A stretch of 64,000 nt of DNA from an uncultured Candidatus Saccharibacteria bacterium (GTDB lineage Bacteria; Patescibacteriota; Minisyncoccia; Phycocordibacterales; CAIZLB01): contig CAYVEK010000003.1 of assembly GCA_964450605.1 (NCBI GenBank), positions 32,778 to 96,777 of the forward strand. Reading direction: 5' to 3'. The translations under genes were made by a program, and so were the position numbers. Below are positions 18,965 to 29,230 of this stretch, one piece after another. The notes beneath the pieces are model-generated. The model searched no databases. It had not been told where the DNA came from and saw only the letters and a program-made list of their open reading frames with translations. The stretch's first letter is position 1. The number at the start of each line of letters is the position of its first letter.

Positions 18965-20749
18965 TTAGTTTCCTTCCACTTCTTTCCAAGACTCAACTGT
19001 CCAAGAGCCTGATGGACCTGACGTAAAGTCTAGATCCGCCAAACCAGAATCATATATTATGTTTGAAGCACCTGACATTTTAACCTTTTTAGCAACGAGA
19101 GACTTTATACTCACAGACCCTTCGAGCTCTACCGTTCCATCTGGTGCCACAAGAACAACAGAACCTGCAGCTCCTGATATCTTTATAGCTCGACTTCCTC
19201 CGGTGCAGTTTGAACCACCGGGACATGTACTGGTTGTAGCAACTACTACATAACTTCCAGCCTGACCTGAGCCATATATACCTCCTGAGCCTTCAAGCTC
19301 AACAATACCGTCAGCAACCACTATACCGCTGGCGGTTCCCATACTGCTGTGTACATATATTTTTCCATTTCCACTTACTTTGATGAATCCTGTCACATAT
19401 ATAGGACCTGTTATATATAGTGTACCACCAGCCTCGACTTCTAGATTTCCGTTTATTTTAATAGGACCAATAGTTCGAACATTGTTTCCGTCTATTTTAA
19501 TACTTGAAGTTGCACCTCCGGCCGTAGCTAGACTTTTCCATTCATCCATATTTCCCTGAGAGACAGGCATATTTGTAGGAGCAGGGTCAGAACGACTCAT
19601 ATCACAAGTCTTATTATTTCCAGAGCCCATCTGGCAATACAACGCACCTGTGGCAGTTACATTTGTTGCTGTGTGTGCCCAAGCAACACCTGTCCCACTT
19701 GTTCCAACACCTATTCCAGTTATAGAACCAGTATCTCCACCGGAAAGTATTTTGAATTTTACGTCGGCCGTAGTCGTAGCTATATCGCTCCAAGAGTTTC
19801 CGAGTCGACCATTTTTAACAGAGCCTGAAAAAGTATTGTTGTTCAATTGTAAAATATAATAGTTGCTGTTATTACTTGAGGGCATATCTATAACCATCCA
19901 ATAAGTTGTTCCTGGAACAAGACTAGTTGTTGTATTCATAGAAGATGGAACATATGAATACAGCGTTGTAGCGAGTGATGAACTGAGTGTACCTGAAGAC
20001 AATATAGTCGTTCCAGGTTGCCCACTACTGTCATTAACTATCTTAACGGTTGCGTTTGCTGGAGAACCTACCTTTTTTAGATATATCTGCGCCTCAGTTA
20101 TGGGACTTGTTGTTCCATAAACAAAAGACTGTGCAAAATCCTGATTTGTATTACTTGTACCCATGATATGAGTTGTATCCGTCGTAGAAGCTATTGTTGC
20201 ATTATCTATATGAGGAGTCTGATCAGATATATTGGCAACTATGGCACTTCCTGTGATGTAGTTGTTGTACCAACCATTTCCCCCATTACCAACTATGTCA
20301 CCATTACTGTATACATTTCCTGTTATATAAGAAGAACCTTCCATCTCAACTCCACCTATACCAGACTGAAGCCCATAGTTGAAAGCAACACCCGCATCTT
20401 GTCTAAACTGTGCCTGTACCACACGTTCAAATTGCTGATTTATACCCTCTACTGTTATCTGCTTTATCTCTCCTATATCAGTCATATTTGCACTAGCAGT
20501 AACTCCCAACAAAGACAGTGTAGATGGTGCATCTGAACGACCGTTGTTAAATCTATACAAAGCATTCTCTGCCTGGGCATCTGCCAAAGAGTAGCTTTGC
20601 TTTGAATTCAGAAACTCATTTGCATTACGAATCTGAAAAGCTATAGGATTCATTATCCCTACAAGAAGTGTTGTTGCAACAACTAGAAACAGCAAGACTA
20701 TACTTATAAGTGCGGCACCTTTTCTTTTTGATGCGTGAGAGATATTCAT
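18965..20749 (-). CDS. Large type IV pilus-associated protein (putative minor pilin or tip adhesin), Ser/Thr/Gly-rich.
   Basis: The N-terminus KRKG|AALISIVLLFLVVATT is a prepilin-like hydrophobic segment lacking Glu5. It is followed by about 560 aa of Gly/Ser/Thr/Asn-rich repetitive sequence, directly downstream of three prepilin genes and pilC. Confidence 0.55.
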   Translation of the reverse strand: MNISHASKRKGAALISIVLLFLVVATTLLVGIMNPIAFQIRNANEFLNSKQSYSLADAQAENALYRFNNGRSDAPSTLSLLGVTASANMTDIGEIKQITVEGINQQFERVVQAQFRQDAGVAFNYGLQSGIGGVEMEGSSYITGNVYSNGDIVGNGGNGWYNNYITGSAIVANISDQTPHIDNATIASTTDTTHIMGTSNTNQDFAQSFVYGTTSPITEAQIYLKKVGSPANATVKIVNDSSGQPGTTILSSGTLSSSLATTLYSYVPSSMNTTTSLVPGTTYWMVIDMPSSNNSNYYILQLNNNTFSGSVKNGRLGNSWSDIATTTADVKFKILSGGDTGSITGIGVGTSGTGVAWAHTATNVTATGALYCQMGSGNNKTCDMSRSDPAPTNMPVSQGNMDEWKSLATAGGATSSIKIDGNNVRTIGPIKINGNLEVEAGGTLYITGPIYVTGFIKVSGNGKIYVHSSMGTASGIVVADGIVELEGSGGIYGSGQAGSYVVVATTSTCPGGSNCTGGSRAIKISGAAGSVVLVAPDGTVELEGSVSIKSLVAKKVKMSGASNIIYDSGLADLDFTSGPSGSWTVESWKEVEGN

Positions 20750-20765
20750 ATCTATATATTATATA

Positions 20766-21281
20766 CTAATCTCTCATTTGAACAGTAGTATAGAAATTTT
20801 CATACTTAACGCCGGGGTTATCTCGTATTGGAGCTTGTAGATTTAGCAGAATCTTAAGTGCTTTCGTACTTGTTCCATTTATATATTTAAGCTCAAAATT
20901 ATTTACTGTTATAGAAGGCAACGACAAAGTTCCCAGATAAACTCCATTTTTATCAACACTAACTTTTCCATTTGAAGCATAGTATTTTACTGTATCATTT
21001 CCGCCCAGAGAATTAGGTACAGTGAGTGTTACATAACTTTCTGGGATATTGAACGAGCTCTGATTTTCGACTATAGATACAGCATTTCGAACATCTCTAG
21101 AGATCTTATCTAGAACTTGTATAGCCGTTGTTTCCATGTCCTGAGCCACTCGAACCTGACTATATGAGGCAAACAAGGAAACAGTACTATCGACAACCAC
21201 CAAGCCTATTACCACCAAAAGTGACATATATACGAGTGTTTCTATGATGGTAAAACCTTTTTTAAAAGCTATTTTTTTCAT
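20766..21281 (-). CDS. Type IV pilin-like (minor pilin/pseudopilin) protein.
   Basis: N-terminal KKG|FTIIETLVYMSLLVV class III signal (prepilin peptidase site, Glu5). Confidence 0.75.
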   Translation of the reverse strand: MKKIAFKKGFTIIETLVYMSLLVVIGLVVVDSTVSLFASYSQVRVAQDMETTAIQVLDKISRDVRNAVSIVENQSSFNIPESYVTLTVPNSLGGNDTVKYYASNGKVSVDKNGVYLGTLSLPSITVNNFELKYINGTSTKALKILLNLQAPIRDNPGVKYENFYTTVQMRD

Positions 21282-21283
21282 AT

Positions 21284-21766
21284 TTAATTATTAAATATAT
21301 TAAACATATACATACTTAAGTTTTTTGTAGTGGTTGCCCCTTTATCTGACCACAGAACTGTAAGATCTACCCTTTTACTTCCTGCATCCAATGTTCCGGA
21401 TTGCGCGATGTTAAAATTTGCATCTCTGTATACGGGTGTAAGTACAAAAGTTCTAGTAAATACTCCGTCTATGACTTGTGGAGTTGTTGTAGCTTTCCAT
21501 TTATTTGTTGACCAAACAAAATAGTATGTAGTACTGGCAGTCAGGTTTGAGATATTTTGAGACCAACTTTCTCCCCGCATGGTTTTTAATGCTTCAACTC
21601 CCTCATCAAGCAAAAAAGTTGCCTGTATTCGCGTTGTATTTGATCCTGATAAAGAAACAAAGTTTGCATAAGAGTTTGCGATGTAAATAATGGCAGAAGA
21701 AACAATTGCGGCACCAATAAGAACCTCTATTAAAGATAATCCTCTTTTTTTATGTAAACGCTTCAT
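21284..21766 (-). CDS. Type IV pilin-like (minor pilin) protein.
   Basis: N-terminal KKRG|LSLIEVLIGAAIV prepilin motif. Confidence 0.75.
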   Translation of the reverse strand: MKRLHKKRGLSLIEVLIGAAIVSSAIIYIANSYANFVSLSGSNTTRIQATFLLDEGVEALKTMRGESWSQNISNLTASTTYYFVWSTNKWKATTTPQVIDGVFTRTFVLTPVYRDANFNIAQSGTLDAGSKRVDLTVLWSDKGATTTKNLSMYMFNIFNN

Positions 21767-21780
21767 TATATATTAGTATA

Positions 21781-22236
21781 TCACTCCACTGTTCCAAGTC
21801 CATTTATGGATATAGTTTCTGTAGCCATCGATGTTGATCCTTTTTGTAAAATAAATACAAGCGTACCAGTCGCGTTTGTATAACCAGATATACGAGCAAA
21901 AGACAGAGTGGTTGTAGCCGAACCATTCGTTACGCTTTTCAAATTGTTTTGAAACAAAACGATATCATTTGATAATGAATATGTTGTAGCTGTTGTAGTT
22001 CCACTCTCTATCTTCTGTATTGAAGAAGATGCAAAAACTAGAGCGTGAATATTTCCATTTTTAGAGTTTAGTGATTCAAGTCTTGTTTTTTGTACGAGTG
22101 ACCGAATAAAATCCATTTCTTTATCGAGAGACTGTTTGTTCTGCATTTCTGAAATAGATACAAACACTATTCTGGACAATATTCCAAAAATAGTAATAAC
22201 TATGATGAGCTCAATAAGAGAAAAACCTCTTTTCAT
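21781..22236 (-). CDS. Type IV pilin-like protein.
   Basis: N-terminal MKRG|FSLIELIIVITIFGIL prepilin motif. Confidence 0.75.
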   Translation of the reverse strand: MKRGFSLIELIIVITIFGILSRIVFVSISEMQNKQSLDKEMDFIRSLVQKTRLESLNSKNGNIHALVFASSSIQKIESGTTTATTYSLSNDIVLFQNNLKSVTNGSATTTLSFARISGYTNATGTLVFILQKGSTSMATETISINGLGTVE

Positions 22237-22243
22237 ACATCTA

Positions 22244-23485
22244 TTATAGATTATTCATCACTGAATACATAGGAGTAATCATCGCAATAGCAAAGAAACC
22301 AACAGCCGCTCCTACAAACACCATAAGCATCGGTTCGATAATAGTTGATAAATCTTTTGTTTTTTGCTCAACCTCATTTTCATAAAAAGTCGCAGTACCT
22401 TGTAACATGGACGCAAGTTTACCTGTCTCTTCTCCAACACTTATCATCTCAGTTACAAAGATAGGATACAGTTTTTGATTTTGTTCTATGGCAGTTGTGA
22501 GAGATTTTCCTTTTTCGACAGCAGCTATAGTATCATCAAGAACTTTTTTATAATAACTGTTTTGAACAACATCTCTGGTTATCTCGACAGATTGTATCAA
22601 GTTAACACCCGAAGCAACGAGCGAAGAGAGTGTTCGTGCTGTTTTCGCAGAGTTTGATTCAACAACAATGCGACCTATTATAGGAAGTCGAGTAGAGAGC
22701 CAATCAAACATTTTTCTACCCTTGGCAGACTTGGCAGTAACAATAAGACCAAAAATAATCAAAGCAACAGCTCCTACAAATAAAATCAGGTGCGAACTTA
22801 GAGTATCACTCAACCATATTATAAACTTTGTAGACTTTGGAAGTTCAGCTTTAACATCTTTAAAGGCTTTAGTTAGTTTCGGAACAACCGTCGTCATCAG
22901 TATGATTCCAATAATAAGCATCACGGATATAATAACCCCAGGATACACCATCGCACCTTTAACTTTTTTCTGGAGCATAAATGTTTTTTCCATCTGATCA
23001 GCTACAGTTTTTAAAGACTCAGACAAGTTTCCACTCTCCTCACCCGCCTTAACCATAGAGACAAAGATGGTTGGAAACACCTTTGGAAACTTTTGCAGGG
23101 CTTCATGAAAAGTTTTTCCAGAAGATATATCTGTTGTGATGGATTGAAAAACATTTTTCATCTTCTGATTTTTTGTTTGTTTTTCCATCACTGCAAGCGC
23201 TCGAGTGAAAGAAAGACCAGCATCGAGCATGTTACCGAGATTACGAGCAAAAACTATCTTATCTGTGATTTTTATTTTATTAAAAAAACCATTTATCTTT
23301 TCCATAAAATCAATAGACTTTCCACTTTTTTCTTCATAGTGAACAAGTGTTGCACCATTTTTCTCTATTTCTTTAAATAGATCTGATTTTGATTCACATT
23401 CAAATACAGCTTTATATGTTGAACCATCACTTTTTTTAGCAGTGTACGCAAATCGCATACATACATCATAACAAAAAACATTCAA
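22244..23485 (-). CDS. pilC: Type IV pilus assembly platform protein PilC (GspF family).
   Basis: Two GspF repeats (FARNLGNMLDAGLSFTRAL...; ARTLSSLVASGVNLIQSVE...), 413 aa, with three TM segments. Confidence 0.9.
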   Translation of the reverse strand: MNVFCYDVCMRFAYTAKKSDGSTYKAVFECESKSDLFKEIEKNGATLVHYEEKSGKSIDFMEKINGFFNKIKITDKIVFARNLGNMLDAGLSFTRALAVMEKQTKNQKMKNVFQSITTDISSGKTFHEALQKFPKVFPTIFVSMVKAGEESGNLSESLKTVADQMEKTFMLQKKVKGAMVYPGVIISVMLIIGIILMTTVVPKLTKAFKDVKAELPKSTKFIIWLSDTLSSHLILFVGAVALIIFGLIVTAKSAKGRKMFDWLSTRLPIIGRIVVESNSAKTARTLSSLVASGVNLIQSVEITRDVVQNSYYKKVLDDTIAAVEKGKSLTTAIEQNQKLYPIFVTEMISVGEETGKLASMLQGTATFYENEVEQKTKDLSTIIEPMLMVFVGAAVGFFAIAMITPMYSVMNNL

Positions 23486-23511
23486 ACACTAAATGTGTTG
23501 AATGTTTTTTG
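23474..23511 (-). terminator. Hairpin plus T-tract terminator downstream of the RRM gene, between it and pilC.
   Basis: aaaaaacattcaaacac-taaa-gtgttgaatgtttttt, which is symmetric with an A-tract and a T-tract. Confidence 0.6.
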
Positions 23512-23538
23512 TGTGTAACTATTTGTACACTGTGTAGA

Positions 23539-23889
23539 CTAGTTCCATCGATCTCGTCGCTGTCCTCCTCCAAAACCACCTCGTGATGCTCCACCAAAAC
23601 CACCTCGTGATCGTGGTGCTGCACCTTCTACTTTAGGCATAGCAACGTTAACTCGTAGAGGTCGTCCATCAAGCTCTTGGTCATTCCATCGAGCGATAGC
23701 TGCCTGAGCAGCCTCATCTGTATCAAATTCAACGAATGCAAAACCTCGTGATCGGCCTGTCATTCTGTCGATTGCTACCTGAGCTGAAACTACGTTTCCG
23801 CACTCAGAGAAAGCTGCTTTTAATGAATTGTCGTCTACTCCCCATGATAGGTTTCCTACGTACAATTTCTTGTTGTTTACTGTATCCAT
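23539..23889 (-). CDS. RRM-type RNA-binding protein with a Gly/Arg-rich C-terminal tail.
   Basis: RNP-2 LYVGNL and RNP-1 RGFAFVEF, followed by the tail RSRGGFGGASRGGFGGGQRR. Confidence 0.85.
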   Translation of the reverse strand: MDTVNNKKLYVGNLSWGVDDNSLKAAFSECGNVVSAQVAIDRMTGRSRGFAFVEFDTDEAAQAAIARWNDQELDGRPLRVNVAMPKVEGAAPRSRGGFGGASRGGFGGGQRRDRWN

Positions 23890-24070
23890 ATTTTTTCTAT
23901 TTTCTATTTCGATAATTAAGCTTTCGCCCGACTCATAGCACTACTTTGGACCTATACTTGATTTATCGAAAACGAAGAGTCACCGCGCTCTGTCATAAAC
24001 CAAAATCTCAAAATTTGTGGGAAAAACCCTTGTGCTTCAATCATAACACTATTATCCAACTAAAGCAATG

Positions 24071-25828
24071 TTATTCACTTACCATTCTCAACACCTCTTC
24101 TATAGACGTATATCCCTGAACAGCTTTAAATAAACCATCTTCAAGCATTGTGAGCATACCTTCTTTTTTAGCTTGATCCTCGATTTGGTCAGCATTTGCT
24201 CCTTGCATAATAAGCTCTTTTATGGCCGGACTTACCTTTAGTACTTCATGTATACCGAGTCGTCCTGCATAACCACTATTATCTTTATCTACTTTTCCTG
24301 GCTTATAAAACGGAATCTTTGTCCAATCAGTCTTCTTTTCCAATATTTTTTCTTCAACAAGCGCATTCATAACACTCTCTAGATTTATCTTTTTACCTAT
24401 AGAATCAACCTCTTTGTCTGTTAGGGTATATTTTTCTTTAGTTTCAGAGAGCTGTCGAAGTAGTCGTTGTGCGACAATAACTTTTGCAGTTGAAACAATA
24501 AGAAACGGCTCACATTTCATATCTATAAGACGAGGTATGGCACCCGCCGCTGAGTTCGTGTGCAATGTTGAAAGCACCAAGTGACCGGTAAGTGCAGCGT
24601 TTATAGCAAGAGCGGCTGTTTCATTATCACGAATCTCTCCAACCATGATAACATCAGGGTCTTGTCGTAGAAGAGCTCTCAAACCGTTTGCAAAAGTGAA
24701 ACCAATATCAGAACGTATCTGTGTTTGATTAATTCTCTTAACCTGATACTCAACAGGATCTTCAACGGTAGAGATATTTACATCTGGTGTATTTAAAATA
24801 TCAAGCACAGTATACAATGTTGTTGTTTTTCCTGAACCAGTTGGACCTGTTGTAAGAATCATTCCATCTGGAAAGTTTATTGCCTCATGTATATCTTCGA
24901 GAGACTTACCGTGAAAACCTAAACCTTCGAGAGTGAAACCTGAAACAGCTTCTCGGAGCAATCGCATCACAATCTTCTCACCATAGTATGTTGGTAACAC
25001 AGAAACTCGAAATGAAACCTTTTCACCATTGAGCTCTATCTTGAAACGACCATCTTGGGGAAGACGTTTTTCATCAAGCTTCAAGCTTGCCAACACTTTT
25101 ATACGAGCAACAATACTTGGACCTGTTGCTTTAGGAAGTACCATAGCGTCGTGTAACATTCCATCTATTCGATATCTGATAACTGTTTCTGTTTCAGTAT
25201 GTTCGATATGAATATCAGATGCATTTTGAATAACAGCGTGTTTTAGCAATGTTTCCACGATACGAACAACAGGAAGGTCTTCAGCCATCTTTCTCAACTC
25301 TTCAGGACTCATATCTGTAGTTTCAGGAGTTACAGACAATGTGTCTGACATATTATCAACCTCTGTTTGCAGTATCTCGCCAAAATCTCCTTTTAGACTC
25401 TTTTGATACTGCATCAACAACTGCTTCATCGACTCAACATTTGTAAGACGAGGGGCTATTTGTAAACCAGTCTTCTTTTTTACAAAGTCGATAACAGGCA
25501 GATCGTTGGAATCAAGAAGAGCGACCTCTAGAACATTATTGTTTTTACCTATAGCAACTATATTGTGTTTCCGGGCAATAGGTTCTGGTATAAGATACAA
25601 AACATCTGATGGAACCTTTTTATCAGACAGGTCAATAAATGGAACACCTCCTAGATACGATTCGATCTTAACAAGATCTTCTTCTTTTATTTTTCCTTCA
25701 GAAACCAAAATCTGCTGGAGTTTTTGTTTACCCCCTTCTACTTTTTTCTTATATTCCTCATACTCGTCTTTGGAAATAATGCCCGTATCAAGTATGAAAT
25801 GCGCTAATTTGTCTTGGTCAATGTACAT
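24071..25828 (-). CDS. pilB: Type IV pilus assembly ATPase PilB (GspE family).
   Basis: Walker A GPTGSGKTTTLY, VGEIRD, the His-box LVLSTLHTNSAAGAIPRL and an N-terminal GSPII domain. Confidence 0.92.
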   Translation of the reverse strand: MYIDQDKLAHFILDTGIISKDEYEEYKKKVEGGKQKLQQILVSEGKIKEEDLVKIESYLGGVPFIDLSDKKVPSDVLYLIPEPIARKHNIVAIGKNNNVLEVALLDSNDLPVIDFVKKKTGLQIAPRLTNVESMKQLLMQYQKSLKGDFGEILQTEVDNMSDTLSVTPETTDMSPEELRKMAEDLPVVRIVETLLKHAVIQNASDIHIEHTETETVIRYRIDGMLHDAMVLPKATGPSIVARIKVLASLKLDEKRLPQDGRFKIELNGEKVSFRVSVLPTYYGEKIVMRLLREAVSGFTLEGLGFHGKSLEDIHEAINFPDGMILTTGPTGSGKTTTLYTVLDILNTPDVNISTVEDPVEYQVKRINQTQIRSDIGFTFANGLRALLRQDPDVIMVGEIRDNETAALAINAALTGHLVLSTLHTNSAAGAIPRLIDMKCEPFLIVSTAKVIVAQRLLRQLSETKEKYTLTDKEVDSIGKKINLESVMNALVEEKILEKKTDWTKIPFYKPGKVDKDNSGYAGRLGIHEVLKVSPAIKELIMQGANADQIEDQAKKEGMLTMLEDGLFKAVQGYTSIEEVLRMVSE

Positions 25829-25997
25829 AATTTAATTAGATTAATTTGGTTTGACTTTTTATCTATATTTGATAGTATATCACACATACAGATAGTCTCA
25901 CGGTCAGAGGGCCAGGGAAAGATCGCTTCCTACAAGGAACGCGGTCTTTTCTTCTTAAAGACTTCTATATTTATTAATAATAAATACAAAAACAACC

Positions 25998-27179
25998 ATG
26001 TTTGACCTAAAAGCAATACACGCAGTACTAGATAATCTAGAGCAGGAGCGAAATATTCCTCGAGAAAAAGTTATTGAGGCTATTGGAACTGCCCTTGCAA
26101 CTGCATATAAAAAAGAATTTGGACGAAAATCACAGATTATTCGTGGAGATTTTGATATAAACTCAGGAAAAGTAGAATTTTTCCAGATCAAAATAGCTGT
26201 TACTGAAGATTCTATACTTTCTGACGAAGATATAGAGAAAATACGAGAAGACCGAGAGAACGGCACAGAACTTTCAGCTGAACAAGAAGAACTTCTTGCT
26301 ACAAAGATACGATTTAATGATGATCAACATATTCTTTTAGAGGACGCCCAGAAGATTAAGAGAGATGTTGTTGCAGGAGAAGAACTAGCATTTCCTTTGG
26401 AATATAAGGATGATTTTGGACGAATCGCTGCTCAGACAGCTAAACAGGTTATTATGCAAAAGATACGAGAAGCTGAAAAAGTTAATCTTCTAGGTGAATT
26501 TGGAAGTAAAGAAGGTGAGATTGTTACAGGTACAGTTGAGCGAGTTGAAAGAGGTTCTGTATTTATAGATATGGGTAAAGCAGTCGGCGTTATTCCTTTT
26601 GAAGAACAGATTAAGGGAGAAAGATTTCAGCAGGGAGAGCGTGTGCGGGCTTACTTGATGCAAGTTGAAGAAACTGGACGAGGAGTATTTTTAAGACTTT
26701 CTCGATCTCATCCAAAATTCCTACAAAAACTATTTGAACTTGAAGTTCCAGAGATAGCAGCAGGAACAGTAGAAATCAAATCTATAGCCCGAGAAGCAGG
26801 AACTCGATCTAAAATAGCAGTACAAGGACACGGTATTGATCCTGTTGGTGCCATGGTTGGCCAAAGAGGCGCTCGTGTAAATGTTGTACGAAACGAACTA
26901 CACGGAGAAGGTATCGATATCATAGAGTGGTCAGAAGACCTTGCTGAATTTATAGAAAAATCTCTATCTCCTGCATACATACTAGGAGTTGATATAGATG
27001 AAGAAAACAAAACAGCCCATGCAGTTGTTACAGAGGATCAACAGTCACTTGCTATCGGTAAAGGAGGACAGAACGTTCGACTCGCAGCAAAACTTACAGG
27101 CTGGAGAATAGATATAAAAGCTGTACCAAACGAAGAAGGGGCTCAAGGAGAAGATGATGAATACACTGAGGCTGAATAA
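25998..27179 (+). CDS. nusA: Transcription termination/antitermination factor NusA.
   Basis: S1 domain plus two KH domains: IAVQGHGIDPVGAMVGQRGARVN...GEGIDIIEWS and LAIGKGGQNVRLAAKLTGWRIDI. Confidence 0.92.
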   Translation: MFDLKAIHAVLDNLEQERNIPREKVIEAIGTALATAYKKEFGRKSQIIRGDFDINSGKVEFFQIKIAVTEDSILSDEDIEKIREDRENGTELSAEQEELLATKIRFNDDQHILLEDAQKIKRDVVAGEELAFPLEYKDDFGRIAAQTAKQVIMQKIREAEKVNLLGEFGSKEGEIVTGTVERVERGSVFIDMGKAVGVIPFEEQIKGERFQQGERVRAYLMQVEETGRGVFLRLSRSHPKFLQKLFELEVPEIAAGTVEIKSIAREAGTRSKIAVQGHGIDPVGAMVGQRGARVNVVRNELHGEGIDIIEWSEDLAEFIEKSLSPAYILGVDIDEENKTAHAVVTEDQQSLAIGKGGQNVRLAAKLTGWRIDIKAVPNEEGAQGEDDEYTEAE

Positions 27180-27217
27180 ACTAAGTATTATTAACAACTA
27201 AAAAATAAATCAAATAT

Positions 27218-28144
27218 ATGATAAAAGTTTTTGGACACATATCACCTGACACTGACGCAACAGTGAGTGCTGTTATCTGGGCATGGTATCTAAACACACA
27301 TACATCACATAAGGCAGAAGCATTTGTACTAGGTTCATTGAACAAAGAAACAGCTTTTGTTTTGAAACGATGGAACGTTACAGAACCTGCTTTACTTGAA
27401 GGACTTACAGCTGAAGATTCTGTTGTTATTGTAGATACAAACAACCCTCAGGAACTTCCCCAGAACGTTCTTGATACAAACATAGTTCAGATTATAGATC
27501 ACCACATGCTTGCTGGTGGACTTTCAACTCGAAAACCTATAGATGTAACTATAAAAACAGTAGCATCTACAGCAACAGTTATGTATGATCTTATGAGTGA
27601 ACACGCAGAGACATTACCCGAAAACATCGCCGGTCTACTGTTATCTTCTATACTATCTGACACACTCGCTTTTAGATCTCCGACTACAACACCTCATGAT
27701 AAAGCTGTAGCTGAGAAGTTGGCGCAAAAACTAAACATACATATTGAAGACTATTCAAATGAAATGTTTAAAGCAAAATCAGATGTATCAGATTTTACAG
27801 ACATAGGTTTAGTTCACCTAGACAGTAAAAAAAGTCCTTTGGGAGATAAAAATGTACGAGTATCTGTAGTTGAAACAACTGACCCAGAATCAATACTTGC
27901 TCGAAAATCTGGAATAGTCGCTGCAATAGAACAAATAAAATCAGAAGAATCTGATGTACACGATGTTTTGTTCTTCATAGTTGATATTCTAAAAGAAGAG
28001 GCTACAGTTCTTACGTACAACCAGTTTGTGAAAGATGTTATCTCTGCATCATTTGGTGTTATGGCTCAAAATGAGACCGAAGTATTACCAGGAATAGTAT
28101 CTCGAAAAAAACAGATAATCCCTTCTCTAAAATTACCTAACTAA
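27218..28144 (+). CDS. ppaC: Manganese-dependent inorganic pyrophosphatase (family II, DHH).
   Basis: FGHISPDTDA, IIDHH and the DHHA2 C-terminus; 308 aa. Confidence 0.8.
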   Translation: MIKVFGHISPDTDATVSAVIWAWYLNTHTSHKAEAFVLGSLNKETAFVLKRWNVTEPALLEGLTAEDSVVIVDTNNPQELPQNVLDTNIVQIIDHHMLAGGLSTRKPIDVTIKTVASTATVMYDLMSEHAETLPENIAGLLLSSILSDTLAFRSPTTTPHDKAVAEKLAQKLNIHIEDYSNEMFKAKSDVSDFTDIGLVHLDSKKSPLGDKNVRVSVVETTDPESILARKSGIVAAIEQIKSEESDVHDVLFFIVDILKEEATVLTYNQFVKDVISASFGVMAQNETEVLPGIVSRKKQIIPSLKLPN

Positions 28145-28165
28145 TAAAAATTAATCCGACATATT

Positions 28166-29230
28166 ATGTTTAAAAAGAAAAAATTTACAATAGAAAAAAC
28201 TACGAATCCAAAAGCTTGTGAAGTTGAACTGGAGATTATTATTCCTAAAGAAGTTATTGCTGAACATCGAACAGAAGCTCTTTCTTCTTTAAATAAAAAT
28301 GTACAAATAGATGGTTTCCGACCAGGTCATGTACCAGAAAAAGTATTGATAGATAAAGTTGGAGAATATACTATAACAGAAGAAGCTTGCCGAAATGCAA
28401 TCGACACTATGTTTTCAGATATCGTTGTTGAAAGTAAGCATATACCTATAAATCAACCTCAAATAGAGGTTATCAAGTTGGCAGTTGATACCGACGCAAC
28501 CATCCGTGTTAAGTTCGCAACACCCCCAGAGATAGAGCTTGGAAACTACAAAAAAATAGCCAAGAAACATCTTGAACATAAAAAAGATGTTGAACCAGTT
28601 ACTCAAGACGAAGTTGATGCAGTACTTCTTGATCTAAGAAAACAGGTTGCCCACATGGAATATCATCACAAACATACAGAAGATACAGAGCATTCACATG
28701 GTGATCTTGAACCTGTTGAGCTAAATGACGGCTTTGCACAAAAAGTTGGACCATACAAAACCGTTGAAGAGCTTACTACAGCCATAAAAGAAAATCTTCT
28801 TGGACAAAAGACACAAACAACAACAGAAAAGTTTAGACTTGCCCTTATAGACGAGATCGTCGATGATTCAAAGATTTCATATCCTGAGTTCTTCCTCACA
28901 GCAGAACAAAATATAATTCTTGAGGAAGTTCGAGCTGACCTTGCACGAATGGGAGCAACACTTGAATCATATCTAAAACAAATTGGAAAAACTGAAGCGG
29001 AACTAAAAGAAGAAAAGAAAGATGTTGCCGACAAGCGAGTAAAAACACAGCTTGTATTAAGTAAAATCGCTGCCGTTGAAGAGATAAAACCTGATGAGAA
29101 AGTTGTTGAAGAGCAAGTTACAGAGATACAAAAGAGTTATCCAAATGCAAACAAAGAGAATATACAATCTTTTGTTGAGAGATTTGAACTCAATCAGCTT
29201 GTTTGGAAAATGCTTGAGGATCTAAAATAA
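28166..29230 (+). CDS. tig: Trigger factor, short form apparently lacking the FKBP-type PPIase domain.
   Basis: The N-terminal ribosome-binding domain has VQIDGFRPGHVPEKVLIDKVGE (compare GFRKGKVP). At 354 aa it is short, and no FKBP motif was recognised. Confidence 0.7.
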   Translation: MFKKKKFTIEKTTNPKACEVELEIIIPKEVIAEHRTEALSSLNKNVQIDGFRPGHVPEKVLIDKVGEYTITEEACRNAIDTMFSDIVVESKHIPINQPQIEVIKLAVDTDATIRVKFATPPEIELGNYKKIAKKHLEHKKDVEPVTQDEVDAVLLDLRKQVAHMEYHHKHTEDTEHSHGDLEPVELNDGFAQKVGPYKTVEELTTAIKENLLGQKTQTTTEKFRLALIDEIVDDSKISYPEFFLTAEQNIILEEVRADLARMGATLESYLKQIGKTEAELKEEKKDVADKRVKTQLVLSKIAAVEEIKPDEKVVEEQVTEIQKSYPNANKENIQSFVERFELNQLVWKMLEDLK

